Shown: positions 40,951 to 53,649, counted from the first letter of the whole stretch. The stretch: 63,196 nucleotides of DNA, filler included, from Sluysia triapertura (GCA_046118255.1; 5 parts of 5 records of this genome joined end to end with filler, not necessarily neighbours in it), one strand, 5' to 3'. The notes: generated by a model not told the origin, from the letters alone. Program-made: numbers and translations.

Positions 40951-41779
40951 TTTTTTAAAACTTATTTAAAGCCCTCAGCGCCGACCAAAAATACAGTAAT
41001 GTTTTATAAATAAAGAAAAAATAAGTACCTGCTTCAACTTGATTATCTTCGTACAACTTTTTATATAAATATCTGATGTCTTTAACTATAGAATCATAAA
41101 GTTCTGGAATTAAAATTATTTATTGTTTAATAATTCTTACTGTTATTTTCCATGGATTCACTATCGGAATGTCTGAAAATTATTTATCCACTTAAAACAT
41201 AAATAATATATTATTACAATTTATTTACTTATATTATTACTATTATTTTATTATTATTATTTATTAATATTATTTGTGCATTAGCATTAATTAACAAATA
41301 ATACAACGCAAACGCAAATTTTAGATTTTATTCATGAACAGTTTTAAAAATATTCTTAAAACTGTATTACAATTATGAAAAATAATAATTATTTAATATT
41401 ATCAAATTTTGTATTAAAACGTCAGTAGTAAAAATATAAATACATTTTATGATTGAATTTATTTGGAAACTAATCAAAAACATTTATTTCAAGCAATTGT
41501 ACATTTATTAATATTTGAAACATTAAGTTTAGTAAACAAATACCATTTTGAAAAAACGGTACTTACTACTAACTTTTCTGGAAATTGACCGTATCGCAAA
41601 AATAAGACACACTCCAGAGCAATATTCCCTCTAAGCTGCGCACTGCGCGACCGCGTAGTATATTAAAACACACATTATTATCAGTATTATAAATTTTAAA
41701 AATTTGCTCAGATTGCTACAAATGTTCGCCCGTACCTTTAATATTTGCACATAGTTAGTACATCGATGATGGAACACTG

Positions 41780-42413
41780 CTCCAAAGATTCTGGTTTATA
41801 ATATATTATTTCATATTGCGCTCATATCTACTACGAAAGTACTCAAAGGCGCTTAAGGTAAATCATTCACCATAATATTTCTGAAACAGAAACAACTTTC
41901 CCTTTTTCTTATATATTTCATAATCTTCTAATAATTTGACATTCTCTGGTAAGTGGTTGTATATTTTTGATACAGTATACAACCTATCACCTAGTTTGTT
42001 ATCAATGTGGATTCCGTATAGATTATTGTCTCAATGAAATATTCATCTTGGTTTCCAATTTTCGTATTATTTCTAAAAGATATTCAGGACTTTCGTACTG
42101 TAAGCATTTCTAAATTATTGTCATAATTTTAAATTATATTCTTGCTTTTATTGACAATCAATGTAATTCCTTAAGATAAAGATGTTATATGAGATTTTCT
42201 TCCAACTTGGAGAATTAGTCTTGCAGCTTGATTAATTATTAAATGTAATTTTTTCCCTTTTCTATCTGAAAATGAGTACAATAAACCATTGTTAAAATCT
42301 ATGTTACTAGTTATCAATGTATCAACAATAAGTTTAGCTGTTTCTTTATTAATATATTTTCGAATATGCGACAGTATTTTTAATTGATATTTACATTTTC
42401 TAATGTTAGCCAT
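41780..42413 (-). mobile_element. L2/Crack-type LINE ORF2 C-terminal region
   Basis: IRKYINKETAKLIVDTLITSNIDFNNGLL...INQAARLILQVGRKSHITS..LKELH.LSIKARI.FKIMTII.KCL is the canonical post-RT block of L2/CR1-group elements. Confidence 0.9.
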
Positions 42414-43091
42414 ACCTCGAAAACAAGCAATTTCATTATAAAAATTATTATAAAATATAATTTACAGTTTCTTAAAAATAATCCATCACTTGTACCCCCT
42501 ATCTATTTTATAATTATTACATTATTTTACTATTAAAAATTAATATTTTTAATGTTAATTTACGTAAATGCAATCACATTAATATTATCAATATCATAAA
42601 ATACAAAATGTTCCTTTATTTGAATGTTTATTATTGCATTGTAAAAATTTAAATGTTTTTCGAATAAAATATAATTACATGAAAACGCAAAATGTCGTTC
42701 AACAAAAGTATCAATTTCCTAATCACTCTAAGAGTTGCTTCAACAATACGATTAAGACAATTATGAAATCAGAATATAATTTGAAAAATCTGAAACATTA
42801 TTTTGAAAATCAATTAATTCTTCGATACTTAAAATTATACATGTAATATCATTAAGCTTATGTAACATTAAGATTGTAATACATAAAATAAGGAATCTAT
42901 CTAATAAAATATACCACAGATAATAATTTGTACAAAAATTCTATAAAAAATTTATAACATAATATACAAAACAATTTACTTGTAGGTAGTTCAATTAAAG
43001 TAGTTTTAAAATTACTAATGTAAAATTGAGTAAAATTTAGCATAAAATTTGTTTTATTAAATATTATTTTAATACTTTAGTAAAGAAATTT

Positions 43092-45639
43092 ATGGAAGAA
43101 AATAATACTTTTGAAAATATTACATACATATTTAAGTATTTGGATGATAGAGCAAATGAAAACTTTAACCAACTTATGTCGGACTATAATTTTCTAATTA
43201 ATGCATCAGATAAAGATAAGTTTCAAAAATTAAGTAAGAATTTTATTAAATCATTATTTTAAATTAGCTATAGAAATAATTCAAAATATATTTGCAACCA
43301 AGGCATACATAGATTCTGTATATGATTACTTAAAGGAAAACGTTAGACCAAATTTAAGTAATTATTATGTCGATCAGTCAAAAATCGATGACACATCTAT
43401 CAAAAATAATTATTTTGTCACCGATGTAAAATCTATTGGAAACATTACAACTTTTAATAAAAAAGTATGTGCTACAAGTACACCAAAGGCAGTAAAATGT
43501 ATGAAGCGTGGAATTTTGAATAAGACATCTGAAGAGGGCGAAATAAACAGTTTCGGAGATAATTTAAGGTTAATTGTTATTTATTATAATTTAATTAAGT
43601 TTATTTTAGACGTAATGTTGACAATATTATAAATGATCTACAATGTGACGACTTTATTCTTGAGATCAATGATTCTAAATATAACGATTCAAAAATTGAA
43701 AATTGGGAACTTACACAACAAATGTTAGTTTATTATACAAATTAAATTAAGCTCTATTATAATTTTCAGAAGTTTGAATTACATCGAATATGATGATTGT
43801 ATGTTATTAATTAATTTAATTAAATTAAATTCTAGACGCTAGTGATTCAGATCAGTTATCAATTAATGAAACTGAATTAAATAACGAAAATATAGAAGGT
43901 AAAATATATGTACATATAATAGAATAACAATTTAGATAAGTATGCATGCAGTATAAAAAGGATCAATGATTCTATATATAACGATTCAAAAATTGAAAAT
44001 TGGGAACTTACACAACAAATGTTAGTTTAATGCAAATAAAATTCAACTCTATAATTTTCAGAAGTTTGAACTACATCGAATATGATGATTGTATGATATT
44101 AATTAATTTAATTTAACTAAATTCTAGACGCTAGTGATTCAGATCAGTTATCAAATAATGAAACTGAATTAAATAACGAAGGTAAAATATATGTACATAT
44201 AATAGAATAATATTTTAGATAAGTATACATGCAGTATAAAAAGGATCAATGATTCGAAATATAACGATTCAAAAATTGAGAATTGGGAATTTTCACAAAT
44301 ATTGGACGATGAACCAAATAACGAAGACATAGAAGATAGAAATGACTTAAAATGCAATGATGATCAATATATAAATTTTAATGAAAGGAAAGATTCAAAA
44401 TATAACGATTCAAAAGTTGAAAATTGGGACATTTCGTATGAGTATGTATTTGTAAAATAATTTTATAAATTTATTTTAATTTTCAGAAGTTTTAATAACA
44501 TCGATGACGATGATAGTATGCTATTCGTTTAATATATTGATAATTTATAGGTTTTACAAATTCATCATATCATTTATTAAATGAAAATGACGATTATGAT
44601 CTTTTAAATGGTGATCTAGAAACATATGACGATGTAATTGAAGATTACCTGGAAAATATTCGAAAAAATCTAGATTCTGTTAGTGTACACAAATTAACTT
44701 TCCAATTTAAATTTCACTAGTTATTTTCTATTAATGTTACATGCAAGTAAGAACTCTCTTATCAGTCAAAGACGAGACTATGAAAAAATGTCGGCTTTTA
44801 CAGTAAAAAAATATATTAATATCATTAAATAATAAATATTCATAAATTAAACAAAATTTTTGCAAAAAGAAATTTGCAGATTCCCGAAAATGGCGGATAA
44901 GAGTAGCTGCGTATTGAATAAATAGTTTTAATGAAAAAATTAACTTTGTTATTTTGAGTCCAATGGACCTGCATGGTATGCAATACATATTAAAAAACAT
45001 TAATGACAAGGGAACTAGACCAGATAACAAAATAATATTTCTGATTTTTATGTATTTTTACAATTAATACAATTTTAATGTTTAAAATTGACCATATATA
45101 AACAAGTTATTTAATTATATTTGAAATTACAAAATACAGAAACTTATGTGGCTTGTGTTCAATTAATAATTAATTTTTTAATTTTAGTTTTCAAATGAAG
45201 AAATGACTTTGGACACTTTGCATTTTCTCATGAATACAATCCGTATATTTTCTAATAAATTAAAAAACGATAATATTCTTAAAAGATTGCCACAACTGGT
45301 TAGTCTATTGAATCATCTAAATAATTGTATTTTTAGCAATTTCAGAAACAATCCTTTTTGTACAATCACCAATTTTGGGAAAATTTGTACGACATCGTGA
45401 AAATTTTATTTAATTTTGTTGAAACCATTACAGATATTCAAGTTGAGAATACAGAAATGAAAAATCAAATGAAATCACTTTTAATTGAAAATGACGAAAA
45501 ATACAAAACAAACAATGAATTAGAAACTAGAATTTCGTTCAGGAATGATATCATGACCGATATCAAAGAAATTATTTTAATTTTTAATAAAGAACTGAAT
45601 ACATTACGCGAATTTAAAAAAATTAGACACATGCCATAA
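43092..45639 (+). CDS. Multi-exon gene: helical N-terminus, acidic ~55-59-aa tandem repeats, C-terminal coiled coil; function unknown
   Basis: In-frame chain of short GT-AG introns from MEENNTFENITYIFKYLDD through INDSKYNDSKIENWELTQQISLNYIEYDDYASDSDQLS repeats to FWENLYDIVKILFNFVETITDIQVENTEMKNQMK...KIRHMP*. Exons in 44690-45190 are less certain. Confidence 0.75.
43664..44515 (+). repeat. Intragenic tandem duplication of a 3-exon/3-intron unit (~283-297 bp; two full units plus partials)
   Basis: GATCAATGATTC..ATATAACGATTCAAAAATTGA at 43664, 43961, 44244 and a partial at ~44392; intron sequences are duplicated too. Confidence 0.9.
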
Positions 45640-45821
45640 ATATAATAATTTACTAGAATTTAGTTATGAGTTTAAAATTTGTATAAAGATGAAAGAATAA
45701 TACTCATCTATTTCTCCCACCTAACAATCTTATTAAACAAATTTCATCACCATAAATCTAGTAAGCTCTATTTATCTATCTTGTATTCTGTTCAATACCT
45801 AAGAGTGTTACGGAAACTTAT

Positions 45822-46606
45822 AAAATTTTCGATAATATTAAGTGAATATAGAGATATGTAGTCGTCAAGAAAGGTGTCACTTGATATCTAAATGTTTATT
45901 TTTATAAAAGCTATTTAATAAAAGGTGTTTGCGTTTTTTAATTATTATTGCGAGGATTATAAATTAATGTTTGCAACATTAAATAATAAAGTTAAAAATA
46001 ATTTCAAATAAATCAAAATAATCTTAAAATAGCTCAGGAATAAAGGGTGACAGTGAAACTAAAAAACTAAAACCATAATAACAAATATGATAACGAAATT
46101 CCTTCATCCTTTTTCATAATACCCTTATACGCTTTGGTAACCAATAAATTATGTACTAACTATATTACTGTATAAGTGATGGACTTCCAAAAAAAGTAAA
46201 TAATTTAGCAACAGAAAAGAAAGCTAACATGAAAATTTTCGATAATATTAAGTGAATATAGAGATATGTAGTGGTCAAGAAAGGTGTCACTTGATATCTA
46301 AATGTTTATTTTTATAAAAGCTCGAAGATCTTAGAGTTGCATGATTATAAATTAATGTTTGCAACATTAAATAATAAATTTAAAAAAATAATTTCAAATA
46401 AATCAAAATAATCTTAAAATTAAAATAAATCTTAAAATAGCTCAGGAATAAAGGGTGACAGTGAAACTAAAAAAAACTAAAACCATAATAACAAATATGA
46501 TAACGAAATCCATTCATCCTTTTTCATAATACCCTTATACGTTTTGGTAACCAATAAATTATGTAGTGTATATAGACTGCATAAAATAATGGGAAAAGAA
46601 AGCTCT
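45822..46606 (+). repeat. Tandem duplication, ~410-bp period
   Basis: Near-identical copies starting at 45822 and 46232 (AAAATTTTCGATAATATTAAGTGAATATAGAG...CCAATAAATTATGTA). Confidence 0.95.
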
Positions 46607-47229
46607 ATAATGACTAAATTGACTAATTCACAAGTTACTTTTAAAGAATTGAACATTCAAAATCTGGTCATTAGAGTTTTTTTGACAGAACGATTACGAA
46701 ACAATTGCATGAAATCTAGAAATTATTGCATTGCAAATAGTCAATGAATCAAGAGAAGAATATAAATTAATAGAAATCGAATGCAGTCAACTCGATATAG
46801 AATTAACAAACTATCAAATAAATTAACGAAATCATACAGTTCTCGTAATGGCCCATCGCACTTCTAGAAATCATCTTGTATTTTAATTAGTTCTCAATCA
46901 CCCAGATGATCTTCAAGGATCAATGATTCAGTAGTTATCCAATAAAAAAATAATAGAAAAATGGTAGATAATTTTATCGATTTAAGTTGGTAATAATAAA
47001 TAAATGTTGGCATTTGTGACTTCTGTAACATAATTTATTCAAAGTAGTCATGAAGATTTGCAAATAACTTTAATAAAATTTTAATAAAAGTACGAGAAAT
47101 GTGAGAAAAACTACTCCATTACAAGAATGTTAACGGGTGATGTAGAAAAAATTTTATTGCTAAATAATTAATATGAATATTCATCCAAACCTATATCAAT
47201 TATTTCGTGTCACTATATTAAGCATTCAG

Positions 47230-48600
47230 TATCTATTTATTGTTGGAATCAGCTACTTCAGTACCGACCCAGACTCGGTTGTCATCGATTACTTGACAGC
47301 CAACTTTGCCATACATTATGGCACCTAAGCCTTCCTCAACAATTTTCCCTTAATGAAGTGTGCGATGTGACGACATCTCTATATGGTACTAAACATTCAG
47401 CAATGGATTCTACTAATATTCAACAAAGAGGTCAACTTCAACACAATCATCGACTCAAAACTTCAGTACTTGACCTCACCGGGTCACTATATCGGTAATG
47501 TAATAACCACTCATACAATGTTCCCAGTTTACCCAAAGGTACTGGGATAATCATTACATTATCCAACCCAAATTGGACCAACAGACTGGACAATTCAAAT
47601 GCAAAATTGCGTCCCAATACAAAGGAAACATCAACCAATTCATGAAACCAGATATCCCGGCTACAAGATTAGCACTATATAATATTGTATCACAATCAAT
47701 CTACCCCACATCTAATATGAAACCAAAGTAACTGTACCTTCGATTCAATCTTTATGCAGCAGAATTTTCAACATAGAGTAGATGACGTCTATGAACTTAT
47801 ACATCTAATCAATCAAACAAAATTTCCCAACATCGTGACACCACAAAAAGGTTACGATACCAATCTGAAAACCAAGCTGAAACACCCTCCTACCAACTTC
47901 ACAACAGAAGAAATATCCTAATACTATAGCAATAGCTTGATTCTACCCTTTGACCCAACTGAAGTAATCCAACTCTCCACATCCACATACTTCTCGATAA
48001 ATAGAAAATTGCTTCCACTTGGAAACAATTTAAATACCCTGAAATAATTTAAAGAAGTCTAGTATGTTCAGTATCTCCAAAGAAAGCTTGAAAATCCAAA
48101 AAATACCTCAAATGCGCAATTAACTTTAGAAGTAAATTGAAACCAAAACAAAATAGAAATCTCAAAAACGAAAAGTTAAGTATTAAATAGAAGACAAAAA
48201 AACAGTAAGACAAAAAATATGTAATGTTAATATAGAAATGAAAAATGAATACAAGTAAACACAAGGCAGATGAAAATAAATTATATAGAATTTTATATAA
48301 AATGAAATACACTATAAAATGAAATTAACTAATTTATAGAAGAAATGGGTCCTGTAATTAAAAAATACATATTTTAAAATCATATGCATGAAATCAATTA
48401 AGAAATCAAATTTGCTCCACAATAAATTAAATAGGTACGAAATTGGTTATATGAAATCTATCATAGAATCAAATACACAAGTTATTGGTCACAATATAAA
48501 AATTTTCTAGTAGAATTTAGTTGATTGATAGATACTTTTGTCACTGAAAAAATCGATAGAATACTCTACATTCAACAATATTTGGACAATACATGAATTT
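47230..48600 (+). pseudogene. Degenerate A/C-rich intronless ORF; candidate endogenous Mononegavirales-like L protein fragment
   Basis: YELIHLINQTKFPNIVTPQKGYDTNLKTKLKHPP...YYSNSLI and LK*FKEV*YVQYLQRKLENPK(fs)KYLKCAI loosely parallel the GHP-region and F..i.f...l...YLKDKA blocks of L. Composition differs from the flanks. Confidence 0.3.
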
Positions 48601-48715
48601 AAATTGATCATGTGACGATTATTTTCAATTAAGTGTAAAATTAAACAATAAAAAATTCGTATTCTCAGTATTTACTAATTTGAATTAATCGTACTTCAGT
48701 TACGAACAATTTAGT

Positions 48716-49146
48716 GTAATTCTGCAGCTTACGGTCCCAAATTCTTTACATTACTAAAACTGAATTAGAGCACAAACATTAACTACATATTGACAAAATA
48801 CTTTAAAATTGTCACTTACCTCTTTACAAAGGCAGTATGCGCTACTAAAGTGTCAATGAATATCACATACATGCGTTAGTGTCAGCAATCTCTGGAAACA
48901 GAGACGACATGTTGAAACGTTCATTACGCGCTGTCATTTTCATAATAGTGTTGGGATCCACTATGGTTGTCGGTGCGCAGGGACTCCCGGCCATTTCACG
49001 CCATTAAAATTTTTAAATGTCACAAAAGTTTGAAAATTGCGCTAAAAACACTAATAGAAACCGGAAATTAACCTCCCTCAGAGAGATTACCTATTTAATG
49101 CAATAAGCAGTATATAGAAATTTGGGACCGTAAACTACAGTATTGC
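48716..49146. mobile_element. MITE with ~25-30-bp imperfect TIRs
   Basis: CTGCAGCTTACGGTCCCAAATT (48722) versus AATTTGGGACCGTAAACTACAG (ends 49140). Confidence 0.8.
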
Positions 49147-49176
49147 CTACTTTAGTTCAGTTAATGATGTTTATAA

Positions 49177-49407
49177 CCCTTTCAATACGACTTTTGGACA
49201 GAGAAGATATTTCTGCATAATTAAACTAAATGTGCTGTAAATAAGTCAAGGAACATGTTTACGTAATTTCAGATCTTTAGAAAATATAGTTTTTGAAAAA
49301 ATGCCTTTGGACACATATGTCCCTGCAATAGTTTAATTATGGTACTTTTGGCACCAGTAATTTTTGAACATTTTCTGGGACTTCTAAAACTCGCAGTATT
49401 TAAAGGG
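49177..49407. mobile_element. piggyBac-type MITE
   Basis: (A)TAA|CCCTTTCAATAC ... GTATTTAAAGGG|TTAA. Confidence 0.7.
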
Positions 49408-49598
49408 TTAAACGACTTATCTCGAGCAAATAAAAGATTTCGGAAAAAAATTATTCCATCCTCTGTAAATTGTTGAATTAAAATTTAATTCTAAAATTTA
49501 CCTAATATATTAAAAAATTAATTTTCAAGGCCTTAAGCCTAAATTAAGCTTTAATAATTTAAGGATAATAATGCAATCATGCTATAGGTTTAATGCTA

Positions 49599-49698
49599 NN
49601 NNNNNNNNNNNNNNNNNNNNNNNNNNNNNNNNNNNNNNNNNNTTAATTAATTAANNNNNNNNNNNNNNNNNNNNNNNNNNNNNNNNNNNNNNNNNNNN
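49599..49698. other. Artificial contig linker
   Basis: Same spacer. Confidence 0.98.
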
Positions 49699-50073
49699 AT
49701 TACATCTTTCAAAAACAAGTTTAAGATAACTTTAAAGATTTCATTATTGCACTGTGAAGCAACAACTACTAATGATACATCATATATACCTTATCATCGT
49801 TGCTCCTTCACAGTTTATTAATTGGTTTTGTTCCTTTTTATCTCATTCATATGTTACAGAAATTATAAAGAATCGAAAGAATAAGATCGTGTTCAAGAAT
49901 GTCAAAGATTTATGCGAATTTTATTTAAGTAATAATAATAATAATAACAATGTCATCGTTGTTGTTGTTATTATTATTATTACTATCATTGTACTTTTAT
50001 TATTATTAATAATCTAAATATAAAAATAAAAATAATTAAAAAACTTAATCATCGCTGTTCACACTGGTTGCTG

Positions 50074-50249
50074 CCATCACCAACGATGACAGTCTATGTT
50101 CAATTTTCATTAGACTGTCAGCGTTGATGATGGTCAGTGATCAGTCATCAGTTTTCATCATCATTTAAATCCATTTATCTAATAATATCCAATCAGAGCA
50201 CAGCATTAGAAAATAATAAGTACTTACTTTTCAACGCTCTGATTGGATA
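50074..50249. promoter_or_regulatory. Two consecutive inverted repeats upstream of the 372-aa ORF; the second is a pair of inverted CCAAT boxes
   Basis: 23-bp arms 50074-50096 / 50111-50133 (2 mismatches); perfect 14-bp arms TATCCAATCAGAGC 50186-50199 / GCTCTGATTGGATA 50236-50249. Confidence 0.7.
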
Positions 50250-50382
50250 GACAAAAATAAACGACTAAAAACACACAATTAAAAATTTTATGTTATTGTA
50301 AGTATTATTAAAAAATTTTTCCAGACGTCTCACAATTAAAAATTTTATTTATTTCTCAGTTAAAATTAATAAGTTAATTCTT

Positions 50383-51501
50383 ATGAAGAACTTCATGTTT
50401 GGATTTAATGAAGTAGAGAATTGTAATAATGAACATATTACTGTATATAACGTTTTTTGTAATTATTATAATTCAATACCATTAAAATTAAAGTATCAAT
50501 CGTCAGATGAAGCACGATATCATGTTTTGAAACCAATTAAAGTTAATGTTTTTAAAAATCGTATAAATTTCGATCAAGACGTCAACGAAGATTTAGCAAA
50601 CGATTTTAATGAGCTAAAAATTGCAGCATCTTCATATTTAGCAATTTCGGTTAGATGGTATAAAGTACGACGCACTCATCCAATGTTTAACTATTCTCAA
50701 ATATCAATAACAACTCTTTATGCAAAATCGATGCACGAACCTAAGGCACTTATATGGATCCAATTGGCTATCAGCTATGATGTTTTTACCCATGAAGATT
50801 TAAAACTAACAATGGAACAAAGCATTTCAGACTCTCCCAAGGTTTGTTATATCTATAACAATATTCTCTCTAAAACAAATAAGCAATTTATAATGAAATA
50901 CATCAGATTATGGTCATTTTACTTCGTGCTACACAAAAACGAACTACAATATGATGTCTATAATCTTCCATCAATTAATATTAATATTCAAAACAAGATC
51001 CAAATTTTGATCAACTCGTTAACGTCATCAAAACTTGAAATAAAATTGACTAGTTTCCCAAATAAGTCAGTGTTTGATATTCCATATTCTGAAATTAAAC
51101 GTATATATAAAGTTGGAGTTCTGGCTAATAAAGATACAATTTTAATCATTTTTAAAAGCAAATGTGCACATTATGCAAGTAACATATTATTTGTACAAGA
51201 ACAGTTTAAAGTAAATGTCCAGTATCTTACAAACTCAATATTCATTAATGAAAAGTTCCAATTCCTTACGAGTCGCAAATGTCTATCTTTATCTACAAAT
51301 TATATTTCGCAATGTACAATGACACGCCTGTTCACTGATGTATTTTACACTGCTCTGCCAAACAACCGTCGGGAAATCAGACGACTTGGTGATAAACTAT
51401 ATTTAAACATGAATTTTCCTTATACTTTTGACTTGTTTTGTCATTTAGGTAGTGTTAAATTGACATATTTATCTAATTATCATTTAGTTTATAGACATTG
51501 A
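50383..51501 (+). CDS. 372-aa intronless orphan protein (may extend ~47 codons past a premature TGA)
   Basis: Longest ORF in the window, very unlikely by chance at this AT content. Possible 5'UTR intron GTAAGT(50298)...CTCAG(50359). The frame continues NWAMKTQRGMLVRKEIK after the stop. Confidence 0.85.
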   Translation: MKNFMFGFNEVENCNNEHITVYNVFCNYYNSIPLKLKYQSSDEARYHVLKPIKVNVFKNRINFDQDVNEDLANDFNELKIAASSYLAISVRWYKVRRTHPMFNYSQISITTLYAKSMHEPKALIWIQLAISYDVFTHEDLKLTMEQSISDSPKVCYIYNNILSKTNKQFIMKYIRLWSFYFVLHKNELQYDVYNLPSININIQNKIQILINSLTSSKLEIKLTSFPNKSVFDIPYSEIKRIYKVGVLANKDTILIIFKSKCAHYASNILFVQEQFKVNVQYLTNSIFINEKFQFLTSRKCLSLSTNYISQCTMTRLFTDVFYTALPNNRREIRRLGDKLYLNMNFPYTFDLFCHLGSVKLTYLSNYHLVYRH

Positions 51502-52200
51502 AACTGGGCCATGAAAACGCAACGAGGAATGCTAGTCAGAAAAGAGATCAAGACTCCAATAATGAAAAATATTATTAAATTGTGGTTAAAAATACAATGT
51601 ATATTTCAAATTTATAATTGTATAATAAAACGAAAGAGATAAAATTAAATCAAATTTTTGTATACTATGTTGCAATAACTACGAAGCTAAAAAACTTCAC
51701 GAAATCCTAAAAATAGACAAAGTTGAATGTTTATTGAATCTTAGTAAAGCAATTTTATCTTTAATTAAAATTTTATGTTTGTATATGTTCGATCTGCATA
51801 AATGTAAATTTAGTTATCTAACTAATTGTGCTTATCTTATAACAATTTTCAAATTAAAACTCTATAATAATAAATTAAACCCCTCAACACGAACCAGAAT
51901 TTTAAATTTATTTATTGAACCTATTAATACAATTTTGAAATCAAATAGCAAACATGACCTTACTTCTTATAACTCAACAATAAGGCCATCCACCACATTT
52001 ATAAGGATGAGTGTTGTAATGTTGTAAATGATACAGACGAGACTTATTATAATGTAATTTTTGCCATGAGGTTTGTGTAGATGAATGTTATGATTGATGT
52101 GATACATAGGTGGGTGTAGGTTGGGCCACCACAACATGCATATCAATACTTGTATACATACGCAACATGATAACTAAGAAATGTAAAATAAGAGTTCACA

Positions 52201-52269
<69 letters not shown>
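52201..52269. repeat. (AAT)n microsatellite
   Basis: Directly visible. Confidence 0.95.
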
Positions 52270-52270
<1 letters not shown>

Positions 52271-52535
52271 TAAAAGCAATAATATCGACGATAATTTAAA
52301 TGACAATATTAAATTGTGATTGTAAAATTGTGTACAGTTTCTAAGTGTGTAATATTATAAAAATTGTGTATGTGTTTGGCGTGCGTGATGTTTTATTCTT
52401 AATTTTATTTTTTTTGTATAATTTGTTATTAAAACTTTCATCATTATCCTCATTTATAAAAACATTACTTAGGTGCTTAATGCATTTAGGAAAATTATTA
52501 TTATTCTTAAAATTCAAATTATAAATACCCAAATA

Positions 52536-52841
52536 ATGAAAACAATTTTCATTTCTCTTACAAATAAACTCATAAAAAGAGGGCTTGTAGTAATATCGTA
52601 CACAGATCACTTTTGGAGAGAGATGAACAAAAATTTTAGTCATTACGATAAATCTACTAAACGTAACTTTTATTACACAACGTTGATAATTTCCACTTAC
52701 AGTTGCCAGAATGAACGCCTTCACCAGAAGATAACACAGAAAGTCGATGCCATTATACGTAATAGAGGTTTGAAATGTGAAAGATGTCTCCATTCAGTTC
52801 AACATGCAAGCTCAACCATTTGGACCATAATATTGATGTGA
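52536..52841 (+). CDS. Orphan ORF with putative zinc-binding motif CxxCxHxxxH
   Basis: MKTIFISLTNKLIKRG...GLKCERCLHSVQHAS; C-terminus probably frameshifted. Confidence 0.5.
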   Translation: MKTIFISLTNKLIKRGLVVISYTDHFWREMNKNFSHYDKSTKRNFYYTTLIISTYSCQNERLHQKITQKVDAIIRNRGLKCERCLHSVQHASSTIWTIILM

Positions 52842-53039
52842 AACGTTTAACTTTAATTCTATTCGTGCCAACACGAAGAAAGACCTAATGATCTCATTAA
52901 AAACAGTTGACATTACGTAATTTAAAAATGGGCTAATTATTAAAAAATAAAATTTAAAATCATTGAAAACACAAAGACTTTGAACATTTAAAGTATAAAT
53001 ATAAAAAGATGATTGTATTTAGTACTGTATACAAACTAC

Positions 53040-53649
53040 TTTTATCACACGTTTATATATTTTACTAAAAGTGGAGCAGCACATCAAACTACTACGTACA
53101 GAAATCAGAGCCGCATCAGTCACTAGTCATCCTGAACACTGCACCATAATAACACCATATCCACATCTGACACAGTAGACCATGCCAGTTTAATGATTAA
53201 AATGAAACCTTAAGTTATTTATAATTGTCTTCCATATCTGGTATTTTAATAGTCATGTATGAAAATAAGGGACTTTTTATACTCTCGCATACAGGGTAGT
53301 TTAGTAACACGTATGATATCTTTACCAAAAAGCAAATAAAACTTCATAATATATCGGTCTAAAATAATAGTTGTATTATCAGATTTAAAATTTCGAATAG
53401 TGATCACAGAGTAAATAATCTGAACATGGAACTACAATAGTACAATACCTACATCTGACACAGTAGGTCATGCCAGTTTAATGTATCACCTTTGGTTGTG
53501 ATATATCTATAACATTTTAAATTTTCTCTGACATGTGGTTTACCGCATTTCAAACATCTTATACGTGACTCATCATGCCAACAATCTAAAACATTCGGAG
53601 TCACATGGTACACGATCCAATCACCAAATGATGATACTAGTACTGGCAT
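53040..53649 (-). pseudogene. Cys/His/Trp-rich orphan ORF with an in-frame internal repeat
   Basis: CWHDESRIRCLKCGKPH; LNWHDLLCQM*VLYY and LNWHGLLCQMWIWCYY are encoded by 33-bp repeats at 53451-53483 and 53163-53195, 288 bp apart. Confidence 0.5.

Noticed and set aside
43664-44515. Regularly spaced repeats as a CRISPR-like array
   Set aside because: Whole ~290-bp units are duplicated, with no unique spacers; they are exons and introns of a eukaryotic gene.
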